DNA from: an uncultured Thermoplasmata archaeon
GTDB lineage: Archaea > Thermoplasmatota > Thermoplasmata > Lutacidiplasmatales > UBA184
Length of the DNA: 64,000 nucleotides
Assembly: GCA_963749195.1 (NCBI GenBank)
Contig: CAVVLX010000007.1
Location: forward strand, 278,861 to 342,860
Direction of reading: 5' to 3'
The notes beneath the pieces were generated by a model. That model was not told where the DNA came from. It did no database searches and worked only from the letters and a program-made list of their open reading frames with translations. Both the position numbers and the translations under genes were made by a program. Positions within the stretch are counted from its first letter, which is position 1, and each line of letters begins with the position of its first letter. Positions 1 through 9,437 of this stretch are shown in pieces.

Positions 1-70
1 TTCCCGAGGGAGAACGAAGCGTTCGGACTTTATCAACCTCATCGTTGACAAAATCGACAAACGACTCGGC

Positions 71-445
71 TCACCCTCGCCGAGCCACGGTGGTCGAGCG
101 TCGCTTCTCCCGGAGCCAGGATTTCGCCCCGACCAACGTTCCCCACGTTCGTTTCGTCGCGATCTGCCAAGGCTCTCCGTTGGGGGAGGTCACGGCTCGA
201 TTCCACGCATCGCGAGAGTGAAGGGCGGTCCGCTGATCGACTTCCACGATGGCCCGCGTAGCTTCGGCGCGGATGACGCGCACCCGGACGATCGGACCGG
301 TGAGTCCTCGAAGGAGGGTGGAGAGCGTATCTTCCCACCAACGGATCGAGGGAAGAAATCGAGACGCCCCCGCCACCTCGAGCCCGAGGTAGCGGGGACG
401 ATGGGAACGGTTACCGGACGAGGTCGATGACTTCCTCGGACTCAC
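71..445 (-). CDS. Rpp14/Pop5-like RNase P protein component
   Basis: 124 aa; RPRYLGLEV N-terminal motif, RAIVEVD and TKRTWGTL (cf. T-x-x-T-S-G-T-I of Pop5); overlaps the ftsZ 3' end. Confidence 0.6.
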   Translation of the reverse strand: MSPRKSSTSSGNRSHRPRYLGLEVAGASRFLPSIRWWEDTLSTLLRGLTGPIVRVRVIRAEATRAIVEVDQRTALHSRDAWNRAVTSPNGEPWQIATKRTWGTLVGAKSWLREKRRSTTVARRG

Positions 446-1544
446 CGGTGGCGTAGCCTCCCTTCTGTCCGAGGAGGCTCGTCGCGCGCACTCCGGTGAT
501 GATGAGGAGCACCTTGATGGTGTTCTCCATCTCCGGACTGTTCTCGACGGAGCAGCCCCAGATGATCCGGGCGCGCTTGGAGATTTTTCCGCCGACCAGC
601 GCCGCGGCCTTTTCCGCCTCGGAGACGGTCATCGTCGGTCCGCCAATGACGCGGACCAGCGCGCCGGTGGCATCCTTGAGTTCGACGTTGCCGAGCAGGG
701 GAGACGTCAGGGCCTCGGTGACCGCCTCGGTCACGCGATCGGTGGCGCTCTCGCTCTCGCCGAGTCCAATGAGCGCCACACCGCCATCCTTCATGACGGT
801 CAAGATATCGGCGTAATCGAGGTTGACCAATCCGGGCCGCGTGACAATTTCGGTGATCCCTTTGATCGCGGTCATCAAGACCGCGTCTGCGAGCTTGAAC
901 GCCGCGTCCAAGGGCATCCGGGGTACGAGCTCCAACAGCTTGTCGTTCTGGATCACGATCGTCGTATCGCATACGCGCCGCAGTCGCTCCAGGCCATCTC
1001 GGGCCTGCTCCATTCGAGCCGCGCCCTCGCCGGCAAAAGGGAGGGTAACAACGCCCATGGTCAGCGCACCGGCTTCCTTGGCGAGCCGAGCGACCAAGTG
1101 GGCCGACCCGGTCCCGGTTCCGCCGCCCATACCTGCGGTGATGAAACAGATGTGTCCTCCATTCAGGAACTGGCGGAGTTCCTCCTCGTTCTCGCGAGCG
1201 GCCTCTTCCCCGATCTCCGGGCGGGCCCCCGCTCCGAGGCCTTTGGTCGCTCGACGCCCGATGAGGATCTTCCGGGGGGCATGAATCGTCAAGAGATGTT
1301 TGGCGTCCGTATTGATCGCGCACATCTCGGCGCCTTGGATCCCTTCCTCGACGCATCGGTTGATCGTGTTCGATCCACCGCCGCCGCAACCGACGATGCG
1401 AATGTTGACTTTCAGAGCCTCGGCCAGCTTGATGAGCTCCGCGTCATCCGCGCTCGCATACGCCGGCGCTGCCGGCTTTTTCTCCTCGACCAGGGCCTGG
1501 TTCTCCTGGTGCTTGGCAATCGCTTCCTGAATGATGGATTTCAT
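411..1544 (-). CDS. ftsZ: Cell division GTPase FtsZ
   Basis: VGCGGGGSN, NTD, GMGGGTGTG tubulin signature, NLDYAD T7 loop. Confidence 0.97.
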   Translation of the reverse strand: MKSIIQEAIAKHQENQALVEEKKPAAPAYASADDAELIKLAEALKVNIRIVGCGGGGSNTINRCVEEGIQGAEMCAINTDAKHLLTIHAPRKILIGRRATKGLGAGARPEIGEEAARENEEELRQFLNGGHICFITAGMGGGTGTGSAHLVARLAKEAGALTMGVVTLPFAGEGAARMEQARDGLERLRRVCDTTIVIQNDKLLELVPRMPLDAAFKLADAVLMTAIKGITEIVTRPGLVNLDYADILTVMKDGGVALIGLGESESATDRVTEAVTEALTSPLLGNVELKDATGALVRVIGGPTMTVSEAEKAAALVGGKISKRARIIWGCSVENSPEMENTIKVLLIITGVRATSLLGQKGGYATGESEEVIDLVR

Positions 1545-1610
1545 CGTTTTTGCCTCGCTCTGTTTGTCAGACGAGCGTCATACGCTCTGGCGACCAACTC
1601 CGTTGAAAGC

Positions 1611-1624
1611 TACTTAAACGTTCG
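1611..1624 (-). promoter_or_regulatory. Putative ftsZ promoter (BRE/TATA)
   Basis: Minus strand reads CGAACG-TTTAAGTA about 70 nt upstream of the ftsZ start; abuts the first target duplication. Confidence 0.5.
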
Positions 1625-1633
1625 CCCTGACGG
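1625..1633. repeat. 9-bp target-site duplication, copy 1 (CCCTGACGG)
   Basis: Identical 9-mer at 1625-1633, 9332-9340 and 12315-12323, each directly abutting an element end. Confidence 0.85.
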
Positions 1634-1648
1634 GAAGGTGTCGGAGTA

Positions 1649-3004
1649 TTACCTCGAGTGTTGGGATAAAACTACAGGCGACTTGGCTGGCGGGGAATTT
1701 ACCGACAGCAGCGTCTGCACGGGGCCGGAAAGGCCCGCCGGGGCATCTGGGTATGCCCCTTCTGTTGGCATCAGGAAGTCTGGCAGGACCCCCAACTCGA
1801 GCATGGCGTGGATGAGCATTCGAATGTTGTGGGCAATCGCCTTGCAAAACAGCTCGTTTACTTGGGCATCAAAATTCCGGGAGGCAATGGTCTCGTCCAA
1901 GATTTGCTTGATCGAGCCGAAGGTAGTCTCTACTTGGGCCCGATTCCCGTAACGCTCGTCGAACTTATCCCGGTGGTAGGTGAAGAACAAGAACATTTTG
2001 TGGTAGGCCGGGCTTCCCTTGGATTCACCTGTGGAGTTCGACTTGAAGGGGATGTACGCCGTTGCTCCGAGCTCCTCTGCAATGTCGAAATTCTTCCGTG
2101 ACTTGTAGGCCCTGTCCGCGTAGACCTCTTTCAGGTTGAACCCGGCTTTGAATGCCCGCTCTAGTAGAATCGAAAACCGGGGGGAGTCCCCCGCAGTCCC
2201 TTCCGTCACATCCATTGCCAGGATCGCATGAGTCCGGACTCCCACCAGAGCGTGCACCTTGAGCCAGATGTTTTCGCGCGAAGGGGCGTACTTCTCCTTC
2301 CGGTAATAGTGAAACCGGGTCGTCCGGAACCCAGTGGAATCGACAGCGCACCGGTTCTCGATTGCCCTCAAAGGGAGGGTGGATCGCTCCAGCATGCCGA
2401 AAAGGGAGGCGTTGACTTCGGAACGGCAGAGGAGGTCTGAGGTCATTCCCCAGTGAGGAACGGAGTCAATCTGACCCTTCTCGGCGGCAGCCACTCGATT
2501 CTCGTGGGACCGCCGGCAGGAGAATCCAGAGTAGACTTTCTGAATGGCGCAGAAGAGCTGGTCCCTCAGTGGAATTGGCGGTCGTCCTGCTTTGTGGGGA
2601 TCCCGTCCCGGCTCCGCAACTCCAGCACATAACTCCCGTAGCAAGACAGGAAACAGGCGCCCCTCCTCCTTCTGAGCCTGGTTGTAGATAGGCCAGTCGA
2701 CCGGGGTCCGGCGGCCCGAGCGGGGGGAAGCGAGGTTTGGAGGATTGCGCGCGGTTTCCTGAATCCAGCTCCTAACTAGGAAGATGTGTTTGCAAGGTAC
2801 GAGTCGCTCATGGAAATCCGGGCAAGTACAAGATTCGGAGAATCCCGGAAGCCCTACACCTTCAACCTGATAGGTGACAGCGCCAGATTGAGATACCACA
2901 AGGAACTTCCCGCGCGTCGAGGTCTCCACAAAAGGGTGTCCGTTACGCAGCATTTCCTGCGCCCGGGTTTCACGACCCGTGATCGCTTCGGAATCTGGGG
3001 CCAT
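1649..3004 (-). CDS. DDE transposase (IS4/IS5 superfamily, IS903-like) with N-terminal SWIM zinc finger
   Basis: SWIM CTCPDF...CKH; DDE triad AVDSTGF / YADRAY / YGNRAQVETTFGSIK (Y-x2-R-x3-E-x6-K); likely start MAPDSE at 3004 (ORF track extends to 3199). Confidence 0.9.
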   Translation of the reverse strand: MAPDSEAITGRETRAQEMLRNGHPFVETSTRGKFLVVSQSGAVTYQVEGVGLPGFSESCTCPDFHERLVPCKHIFLVRSWIQETARNPPNLASPRSGRRTPVDWPIYNQAQKEEGRLFPVLLRELCAGVAEPGRDPHKAGRPPIPLRDQLFCAIQKVYSGFSCRRSHENRVAAAEKGQIDSVPHWGMTSDLLCRSEVNASLFGMLERSTLPLRAIENRCAVDSTGFRTTRFHYYRKEKYAPSRENIWLKVHALVGVRTHAILAMDVTEGTAGDSPRFSILLERAFKAGFNLKEVYADRAYKSRKNFDIAEELGATAYIPFKSNSTGESKGSPAYHKMFLFFTYHRDKFDERYGNRAQVETTFGSIKQILDETIASRNFDAQVNELFCKAIAHNIRMLIHAMLELGVLPDFLMPTEGAYPDAPAGLSGPVQTLLSVNSPPAKSPVVLSQHSR

Positions 3005-3122
3005 ATGTCGTCCTATATGTTGACCTATCACTTCGGAATATTTAAGGTTTGAACCTATATTTTGCCGCACATGTAGACCACAACCTTCATGTAACTCCGT
3101 CCCATGGACTGGTGAGGATTCC

Positions 3123-3305
3123 TTGTCTAAGCCAATCGAATCCAAGCTCGTAAGGGCGATCAAACGCTCTGACTCGCTCCGGACCACCGTTCCGTCCACG
3201 GTAGTCGACGTCTTAGGGATAGACGCCGGGGATTCACTTCGGTGGACTCTGGATCTTAAAGGGTCTCGAGTGATTGTTACGAAATCGTCCGAGAGGACAA
3301 GGTAG
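3123..3305 (+). CDS. AbrB/MazE/SpoVT-family DNA-binding protein
   Basis: 60 aa, SLRTTVPSTVVDVLGIDAGDSLRW swapped-hairpin pattern; divergent from the transposase. Confidence 0.8.
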   Translation: MSKPIESKLVRAIKRSDSLRTTVPSTVVDVLGIDAGDSLRWTLDLKGSRVIVTKSSERTR

Positions 3306-3326
3306 GGCCCTTGGACTAGGTTTCAA

Positions 3327-3851
3327 TCAGCTCTTTGCAAGATCCGACTGGGGCTCGGGCGACCTCCGGTGACGAAGGTCCCTCGCTACGGATTCCCCCA
3401 AGGCAGTTAGGCGGTAGATTTTCAATCGACGCGGTTGGCCTTGGACGTGCCGACGGTCGACCTCCACCACCTTAGCCGCCTCTAGTCGAGACAGGACCTT
3501 GGCGAGAGTTCCCTGCCGGATTCCAAGCTTTTCACCCATTCCATTCTGGGTGTATCCAAGACGAGCTACCTCGTCGTTGCTCAGTCGACCGAGCGATGCG
3601 ATGTGGGTGATTACCCTACCAGCCGTATCCGCATACTTAGAGATGTTGTTCCGGGCCACCGAGGGGGATGCGACGGCTTTCAAGCCGTCAAGATCACTCG
3701 TATCGGGGGGACTTGGAGATTCGCCCTCCGTGGGAGGCTCGCTGGTTTTAGGACTCGATTCACGCTGAAGACGACCTCGAATGAACGCATGGGCCGCCCA
3801 GCCGGTGAACGCACCCCCCACGCCAGCGATGGCCGCATCGAGCCAGTTCAA
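3327..3851 (-). CDS. Membrane-tethered MarR-like winged-HTH protein
   Basis: N-terminal hydrophobic helix (LNWLDAAIAGVGGAFTGW); C-terminal TQNGMGEKLGIRQGTLAKVLSRLE...IYRLTALG wHTH; TTG start at 3851 preferred. Confidence 0.7.
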   Translation of the reverse strand: MNWLDAAIAGVGGAFTGWAAHAFIRGRLQRESSPKTSEPPTEGESPSPPDTSDLDGLKAVASPSVARNNISKYADTAGRVITHIASLGRLSNDEVARLGYTQNGMGEKLGIRQGTLAKVLSRLEAAKVVEVDRRHVQGQPRRLKIYRLTALGESVARDLRHRRSPEPQSDLAKS

Positions 3852-3950
3852 ATCGTCCTCTAGGTCTGTAGCGGGCGGGAAGCAGGTAGTATGCGGCCGC
3901 ACCTCCAGGCTGGAACAATCAGATTGTGGCGCGAGTCCTCAAGCTCCACG

Positions 3951-6146
3951 TCAGCGGCTCCTATCCATGATTGACGGCTCTTTCTCGTCGGTCAACTCTT
4001 CGATCCATTTTTCCCCTTCTCGACGTTGGGAACGCTTGTAGAACGAGCTCGCTCCCCAGGCGCCCGCCACGATCATAGCGATTCCCCCGGCGACGACGAA
4101 CTCGATATACCAGCTCGACCCCATCCCGCTCGCCGCCGAATACTCTCCGACTTGAATTGCTAACGTACTCATGGAGCGGTTTCCCCGGCCGTCAGTGACC
4201 GTCAGCACTACCGCGAAGTGCCCGGATAAGGCGTAAGTGTGGCTCGGGTTCTGTTCCGTAGAAATTGAACCATCACCAAAGTTCCAGCTATACGCGTACG
4301 GCGGGATTCCTCCCTCCGCTTGACCCACGAAACTTACCATGAGCGAAGACGTTCCGCTGCCCACGCTCGATCCTGCGATTGCTTGCAGCATGATCGAAAT
4401 GTTGAGCTCTGCGTGGATGGCATCTCCCGCCGCGTCGGCCACCGTCACTTCGGAGATAAACGGCCCATTCGTAGAGTAGATGTGAGTAATGCTCGAAAGG
4501 TTACCCCCCACTCCTCCATCCCCGAAAGTCCACGAATATGTATACGGTGGGTTCCCGCCGATTACGTTGGCGGAGAAATTAACTGGGCTATCGAGGATCG
4601 CGGGATTAGGCGTGGCGTCGATTGAGGTGATCGTAAGCGGGATGAAGACGTGAACTCGGAGTGAAACGTGCGCAAGATGTCCCGCACTGTCGTTTAGCCA
4701 CAATTGGACGAGATAGAATCCCACGGTCGAATACACGTGCGTTGGGCTCATGGAAGTGGATTCGCCGCCGTCACCGAACAGCCAGTCGTAGTTGAGCGGA
4801 GCCACTCCCCCTTTGAAAGAGACGGTAAAATTGGTTGGAGAGAGAGGCTCCGGAGCTGGCGGGGCGTTGGCAATGCTTACCCCAGCCAGCGGTGGAGCGA
4901 CGCTCCAGATCCACGTATCATTGATTATTCCGAAGCCTGTCCGCTGAAAAATTCCCCCGAACAAGAGCACGCCAGAATCGAAGGAGTCATTTGCGAAACC
5001 GGCCGCGTATACCCCCACTGGTGACTGGGTGGGAGTCTTGTTGGTCCAGGCTCCGCCAACAAACGACCAGGTATCATTCAATTCAGTAATCGGCGTCCCG
5101 TTGCCCCCAAATCGAGGGGATCCACCGAACAGAATCACGTCACCCGATGTGTCGTCGTATGCTACTTGAGCCCCATACCTCGGGGAAGGCGAGGTGATTA
5201 AGGTTGCAGTAATGTTAGACCACTTCCCGGCTGAGAACACCCAGGTGTCTCCCAATATTCGTGCCGAACCGTCGACGAAGCCGCCGAACAATAGTATGTA
5301 CCCATCATGGGCGTCATAAGTCAGCGCGAACTGTTCTCTGAGACTCGGTTCCGGGGATAATGTCGAATTGTTTCCACTCGTTACAGGTGTCCACACCCCC
5401 CCATGGTAAGTATAGGTGAGCTCCGCTTGTCCTAAATCGGAGTTGAACATACCAAGCAGCAGGACGTAGGCATCCGCGGAGTCGTAGGCCATTCCGACCC
5501 ATTCCGGGTAGCTCGGCGCGCCCGTGACCGCAAGTTGGTGCCACCGCCCTCCGACGAATGCCCAAGTATCGTTCGTGGGGGTGATCGAGTTCACTCCTCC
5601 GAACGCGAGGATGTAATGATCAGAAGCGTCGTACGTCATGTCCATTCCATCCCGAGCAGACGGCGACGTACCGGCGGTAGAGGTGATGTTTGACCAGGTT
5701 CCACCGGCAAAAGTCCAAGTGCTGTTCAAGGCACGGGCGGAGTCCCCGAGACCCCCGAACAAGACCACGTAATGGTCGACTGGGTCGTAACACATGGACG
5801 CATATTCTACATCGGGAGGACTTGGAGACGAGGTAAGATTCGTCCAGAACGGCTGAGCGGGGGCAGCTTGGCCTGCTGGAGTGGAAGCGCTTCTGCAGTC
5901 TAAGCCAATCCGATCTGACCCGGTGCACGTCATCGGATTGCCTCGCGCCGGCCCGCCTCCCGTAGCCAACGAAGCGTCGGCCTCTCTGATAAGAGAGGTA
6001 GACAGGGGAGGTCCGGAAGAGTGCGCGATTCCAAGCCACTGTATGGGCTGAGGCGCAGAAGGTACCGCGAGCAGTAAGATTGGAAGTACGACAACCATCA
6101 CGGTAAGAAATATATCTTGGGTATCGCGGGACCGCGCCATTTCCAA
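3951..6146 (-). CDS. Surface protein with Kelch-like beta-propeller, 3 PKD domains and C-terminal TM anchor
   Basis: Signal-like N terminus; repeated YD...LFGG...DTW blades; three W-x-FGDG...HxYS PKD motifs; TM helix near the C terminus. Confidence 0.85.
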   Translation of the reverse strand: MEMARSRDTQDIFLTVMVVVLPILLLAVPSAPQPIQWLGIAHSSGPPLSTSLIREADASLATGGGPARGNPMTCTGSDRIGLDCRSASTPAGQAAPAQPFWTNLTSSPSPPDVEYASMCYDPVDHYVVLFGGLGDSARALNSTWTFAGGTWSNITSTAGTSPSARDGMDMTYDASDHYILAFGGVNSITPTNDTWAFVGGRWHQLAVTGAPSYPEWVGMAYDSADAYVLLLGMFNSDLGQAELTYTYHGGVWTPVTSGNNSTLSPEPSLREQFALTYDAHDGYILLFGGFVDGSARILGDTWVFSAGKWSNITATLITSPSPRYGAQVAYDDTSGDVILFGGSPRFGGNGTPITELNDTWSFVGGAWTNKTPTQSPVGVYAAGFANDSFDSGVLLFGGIFQRTGFGIINDTWIWSVAPPLAGVSIANAPPAPEPLSPTNFTVSFKGGVAPLNYDWLFGDGGESTSMSPTHVYSTVGFYLVQLWLNDSAGHLAHVSLRVHVFIPLTITSIDATPNPAILDSPVNFSANVIGGNPPYTYSWTFGDGGVGGNLSSITHIYSTNGPFISEVTVADAAGDAIHAELNISIMLQAIAGSSVGSGTSSLMVSFVGQAEGGIPPYAYSWNFGDGSISTEQNPSHTYALSGHFAVVLTVTDGRGNRSMSTLAIQVGEYSAASGMGSSWYIEFVVAGGIAMIVAGAWGASSFYKRSQRREGEKWIEELTDEKEPSIMDRSR

Positions 6147-6425
6147 TTCCCAATGGTCTATTGCATGCTTCCGGCTTAAGAACCGTTTGTGGATTTACGA
6201 CATAGATATTCCGAGTCAGGAATATTGCTAACCTTTCCCCCATGTCAGGATTCTGTTCGCGAACTCGCATTTGCTGTCTTGGGCGGAGGGTCGTCGATTA
6301 TCCCGTGAAAATTGTTGCAAATCTCGCAAAAAAGTAAGCCATTAGAGAAGTGAAGCTCCGGTCACTACTATCCATCTCAACTGAAATTAACGGGATTTGT
6401 GTCAAAAAGGCGTTCGTAAGGCAGC

Positions 6426-7807
6426 TCAAAGAGCTTGTTTTGTAATCGTCGGAGCGACCGTGTATGTAATCGTGATCGTGTCTCCGACCCGAAGGACAAG
6501 ACACCCTGAAGTCAGCCCAACTACTGTCCCGTTCCGTTCGATTTTTGAAACCGTTCCCCCGGAAACGAGGACGGCTTCATTGAACCCGTCGCCGTTGGGG
6601 TACGCGACGTTACTTCCGGGAGCGGGTACCGCCACGCCCGGGTCATTTGGACCCCGACCGGCCAACGTACCGGAAAAGACTCCAGGCTGACTGTCGTCCG
6701 TGAACCTAAGATATCCAAACTGGGTCCCAGAGCTAGCAAAAGATATCCCTGCAAATACAAATTGGCAGCGACGAAACTCTATGTTATAGACAAATCCCGG
6801 GTCCGATGTTCCAAAGGTGTCGTCGATGAACCCCCCGCTAGCCCCCCCACCGGGTTACCTGAAGTGGCGCCGGAATCAAAAATGCAGTCCTCCACATGTA
6901 CGTCGTGTAGACTTCGAGACTGTGTGGGATTTATTCCGCTTGCGTTGCCCTGAAACTCTAGAACTGACCCGCTAACCCCATTATTCTTGAACCGGCTACG
7001 CCGGACAACGATCTGGGAGCAGTCCCCCGCGTTAGCGTGGAGAAAGCAATTAGAGCAATCGACTGACGAAGAAAGTGCTGACGCATTAAGATCCACGTCC
7101 TCAATCGCAATCTGACGGGCGGAGCCCTGCACAACCAATCCAGATGCGCTAGTCGCCGAGGCGGACCAATTCGCCGAAATTCGCGATACCAAGACGTTGC
7201 GAATTTGTTGGAGATACGTAACCCCAGATTGATAATTGTTTACACCGATGTAGAACGCAGTATTGCTTACACCGTTGATGACGAAATCGTCGACCACTAT
7301 GTCTTGGGAAGGCGCGGGTGCCGAGACCGAATCGTGGAGGCCCCAATTTGAGATGTGAATTGTATTCGTCGGGGCAGTGCTGGATAAACCGTTCTGCTGA
7401 ATCACGCAGCCGTTGCCGTACCATCGGCAGCGGGAGAAGTTCTGCATGTTAGCCGCGGTTCCCCCACCTCCGATGTGAATGACGAACGCGTATGCGCTGC
7501 TAGATGGATCGATTAAGAGGACGGCTCCTACCCCGAAGGTGATTGTGCAACCAGGTTCGAACATGACCGTCTGATCGTTACCGGTTTGGACGATGGAGCT
7601 GGTGAACACATACGTTCCCCGCCGAGCATAAACAAAACCTCCTGTTGTGGCGATGCCGTTCAATGCTTCTTGGATGCCTGAAGTGGACGTGCCCGGTGTG
7701 TCGGGGCCATAGTCATCCCCGTCGTTTGGGACCGTAGATTGCCCATTGGCCAATCCCTTAGGAGAGACTGTTACGAAGGGTGTTCCGGCGGTGCTAAACC
7801 ATGCCAT
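6426..7807 (-). CDS. Beta-helix (pectin lyase/tailspike-like) protein, one frameshift at the C7 run 6842-6848
   Basis: GPDTPGTSTSGIQEALN...GGFVYARRGTY cap followed by Asn/Ile-rich coils; adding one G joins ORF 6779-7807 in frame to FIDDTFG...TITYTVAPTITKQAL ending at 6426 (about 460 aa). Confidence 0.65.
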
Positions 7808-8004
7808 CTAGGGACTCCCGAGACTTTGTGACTGAGCCGAATTTGATTTCTAAGCCGTCAAGGAATTTGCAGGGCCGAACAGACTCGTCCGCCCTTGGGG
7901 TCCAGATGGACCCCCACGAATGTCTCCCGTTAGTCGCACCGAGGATACCTGCATAGACGTCGCCGGCCCCGGTCGCACCGGAGGTCAATTCAGCCGTCAT
8001 CTCT

Positions 8005-8220
8005 TCACTCCTCGAAAATGTGATCGAGGACGCGTTTGGCATTTAATCCGACGAGAATCCCAGCGCCGAGGGCCACCGCCGCGCCGGCGGCCGCATTCCA
8101 GTCGCTCTCAGCGACGTGCGTAGTCACGTACCCACCACAGGGGCGGCACCATCTTTCGGATCCTGGTACCCCTAGACCCAACGCGGCTCCGCAGGCAGCG
8201 CATTCGAGTTCATCGCTCAT
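8005..8220 (-). CDS. Small Zn-ribbon protein with C-terminal hydrophobic helix
   Basis: CAAC...CRPC followed by AAAGAAVALGAGILVGL; start MSDELEC. Confidence 0.5.
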   Translation of the reverse strand: MSDELECAACGAALGLGVPGSERWCRPCGGYVTTHVAESDWNAAAGAAVALGAGILVGLNAKRVLDHIFEE

Positions 8221-8531
8221 GGATTGAACTTTATTCAGATGTTGTTCGTGCCATGCGCGAGGACCACAATCGACACCCACCAAGAAGTGCGAGGAGCAAG
8301 ATCTCAACCACCTGCACGCCCGCGCGTTCCGTCGAAGTTGCCCATCGACCCGCGGTTACCAGCATGGTCTCCTTTATCGTCCCTAAAAGGACTTTCAGGA
8401 CCAACAGTACAAAAGCATCCTATAACCTAGTTGTCGTCGACAACGCGACAAGTATGGGCGGGTACATACGACCTGGGTGATCCGTTCGTTACCACAGTAA
8501 CCATTTAATCGACACCCGGACATCGAGCTTT

Positions 8532-8708
8532 ATGGACGCGCAGGAGCCCGTGACTGCAACCGTAACCCGCGGAGGAAAGATCCACCTTCCGGCCGAGGTC
8601 ATGCGAAATCTCGACGTGAAAGTAGGGCAGCAAGTCGTGTTCTTCCTGAAGCCCGGAAAGGCACTCGTTCAGCCAATGTCAGCTGTGTTGTCGAAACCGG
8701 TCTGGTAG
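8532..8708 (+). CDS. AbrB/MazE/SpoVT-family DNA-binding protein (58 aa, below the ORF-track cutoff)
   Basis: Hand translation MDAQEPVTATVTRGGKIHLPAEVMRNLDVKVGQQVVFFLKPGKALVQPMSAVLSKPVW; TTTAAT box about 25 nt upstream. Confidence 0.8.
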   Translation: MDAQEPVTATVTRGGKIHLPAEVMRNLDVKVGQQVVFFLKPGKALVQPMSAVLSKPVW

Positions 8709-9331
8709 AGAAGCACGTCGGAGCTCGAGCTCCAGTCGACAAACTTTTTCCTTGCATATCAGACAGTTTTTGCGACAGTAGTGGTGCGTTGGACTACGGA
8801 ATGAGGGACTCCACGGACGGTCGGAGGTAACTGATTATTTGCGGGGTCGGAGGACCCTGTAGGTGATCTACAGATGTCCCGGTCCGGTCGATTCGGTTAC
8901 AGGTGAAATGACTCGGTTGCAGGTGTGGGATTTCGTCACAACTTCCAACGACGCTATCCCGCGGTGTAGCCTCCGCCGTCAGGGTAGTCTCTGACCCCAC
9001 GTAGATTATCACGGTGATCGAATGCCCCCTCGTCGGGGCATTTCTCACATCGAACGAAGGTGGGGTGATACCAGCAGCGCCAATTCCTGATTCCCATTTT
9101 CCGCGTGTGGACTATTAGGTACTCTTGGTCGGGCAAATCTGCTTTCATGCCTACAGAGGCCCTAATCATGGTCGAACCTAAGAGTCTTCGTTGGACAATC
9201 TCCCTCTCCAGCAAACTTAGCCCAGCCGCGGGGTGGGTCGTCGAAATCCCTCCCCATATGTACCAATAAAACTACTACCCGCCGTGCACTTTACCAATAA
9301 AACTACACGGAGGATATTTACCGACAACTTC

Positions 9332-9340
9332 CCCTGACGG
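9332..9340. repeat. 9-bp target-site duplication, copy 2 (junction of elements 1 and 2)
   Basis: ATTTACCGACAACTTC-CCCTGACGG-GAAGGTGTCGCTAAAT. Confidence 0.85.
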
Positions 9341-9437
9341 GAAGGTGTCGCTAAATCACCTCGAAGAAGCCGATAAAACGACAGCGAAAACGGCCCAGAT
9401 CGATTAAACGACTGCCAGGAGAATTAACGGCACCTTC
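9341..9437 (+). repeat. 97-bp end module (MITE-like, own inverted ends), left copy
   Basis: Begins GAAGGTGTCGCTAAAT, ends AATTAACGGCACCTTC; 83/97 identical to 12218-12314 by hand alignment. Confidence 0.9.

Larger units (their letters stand above)
1634..9331. mobile_element. Element 1: 7.7-kb autonomous cargo transposon (IS5/IS903-like SWIM-DDE transposase)
   Basis: Left end GAAGGTGTCGGAGTAT, right end ATTTACCGACAACTTC (rc GAAGTTGTCGGTAAAT), flanked by CCCTGACGG on both sides; transposase stop lies inside the left end; visibly more AT-rich than the backbone. Confidence 0.85.

Noticed and set aside
8503-8517. ATTTAATCGACACCC resembling an internal right end
   Set aside because: Needs a gap to align, lacks the terminal TC and a TSD, and doubles as the TATA box of the 8532 gene
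8794-9214. Short ORFs near the right end of element 1
   Set aside because: No recognisable motifs or start signals; coding status cannot be supported
9316-9356. Palindrome with a 9-bp spacer as a tyrosine-recombinase (dif/att-like) site
   Set aside because: Explained by two abutting element ends around the TSD; no integrase in the window, while a DDE transposase is present
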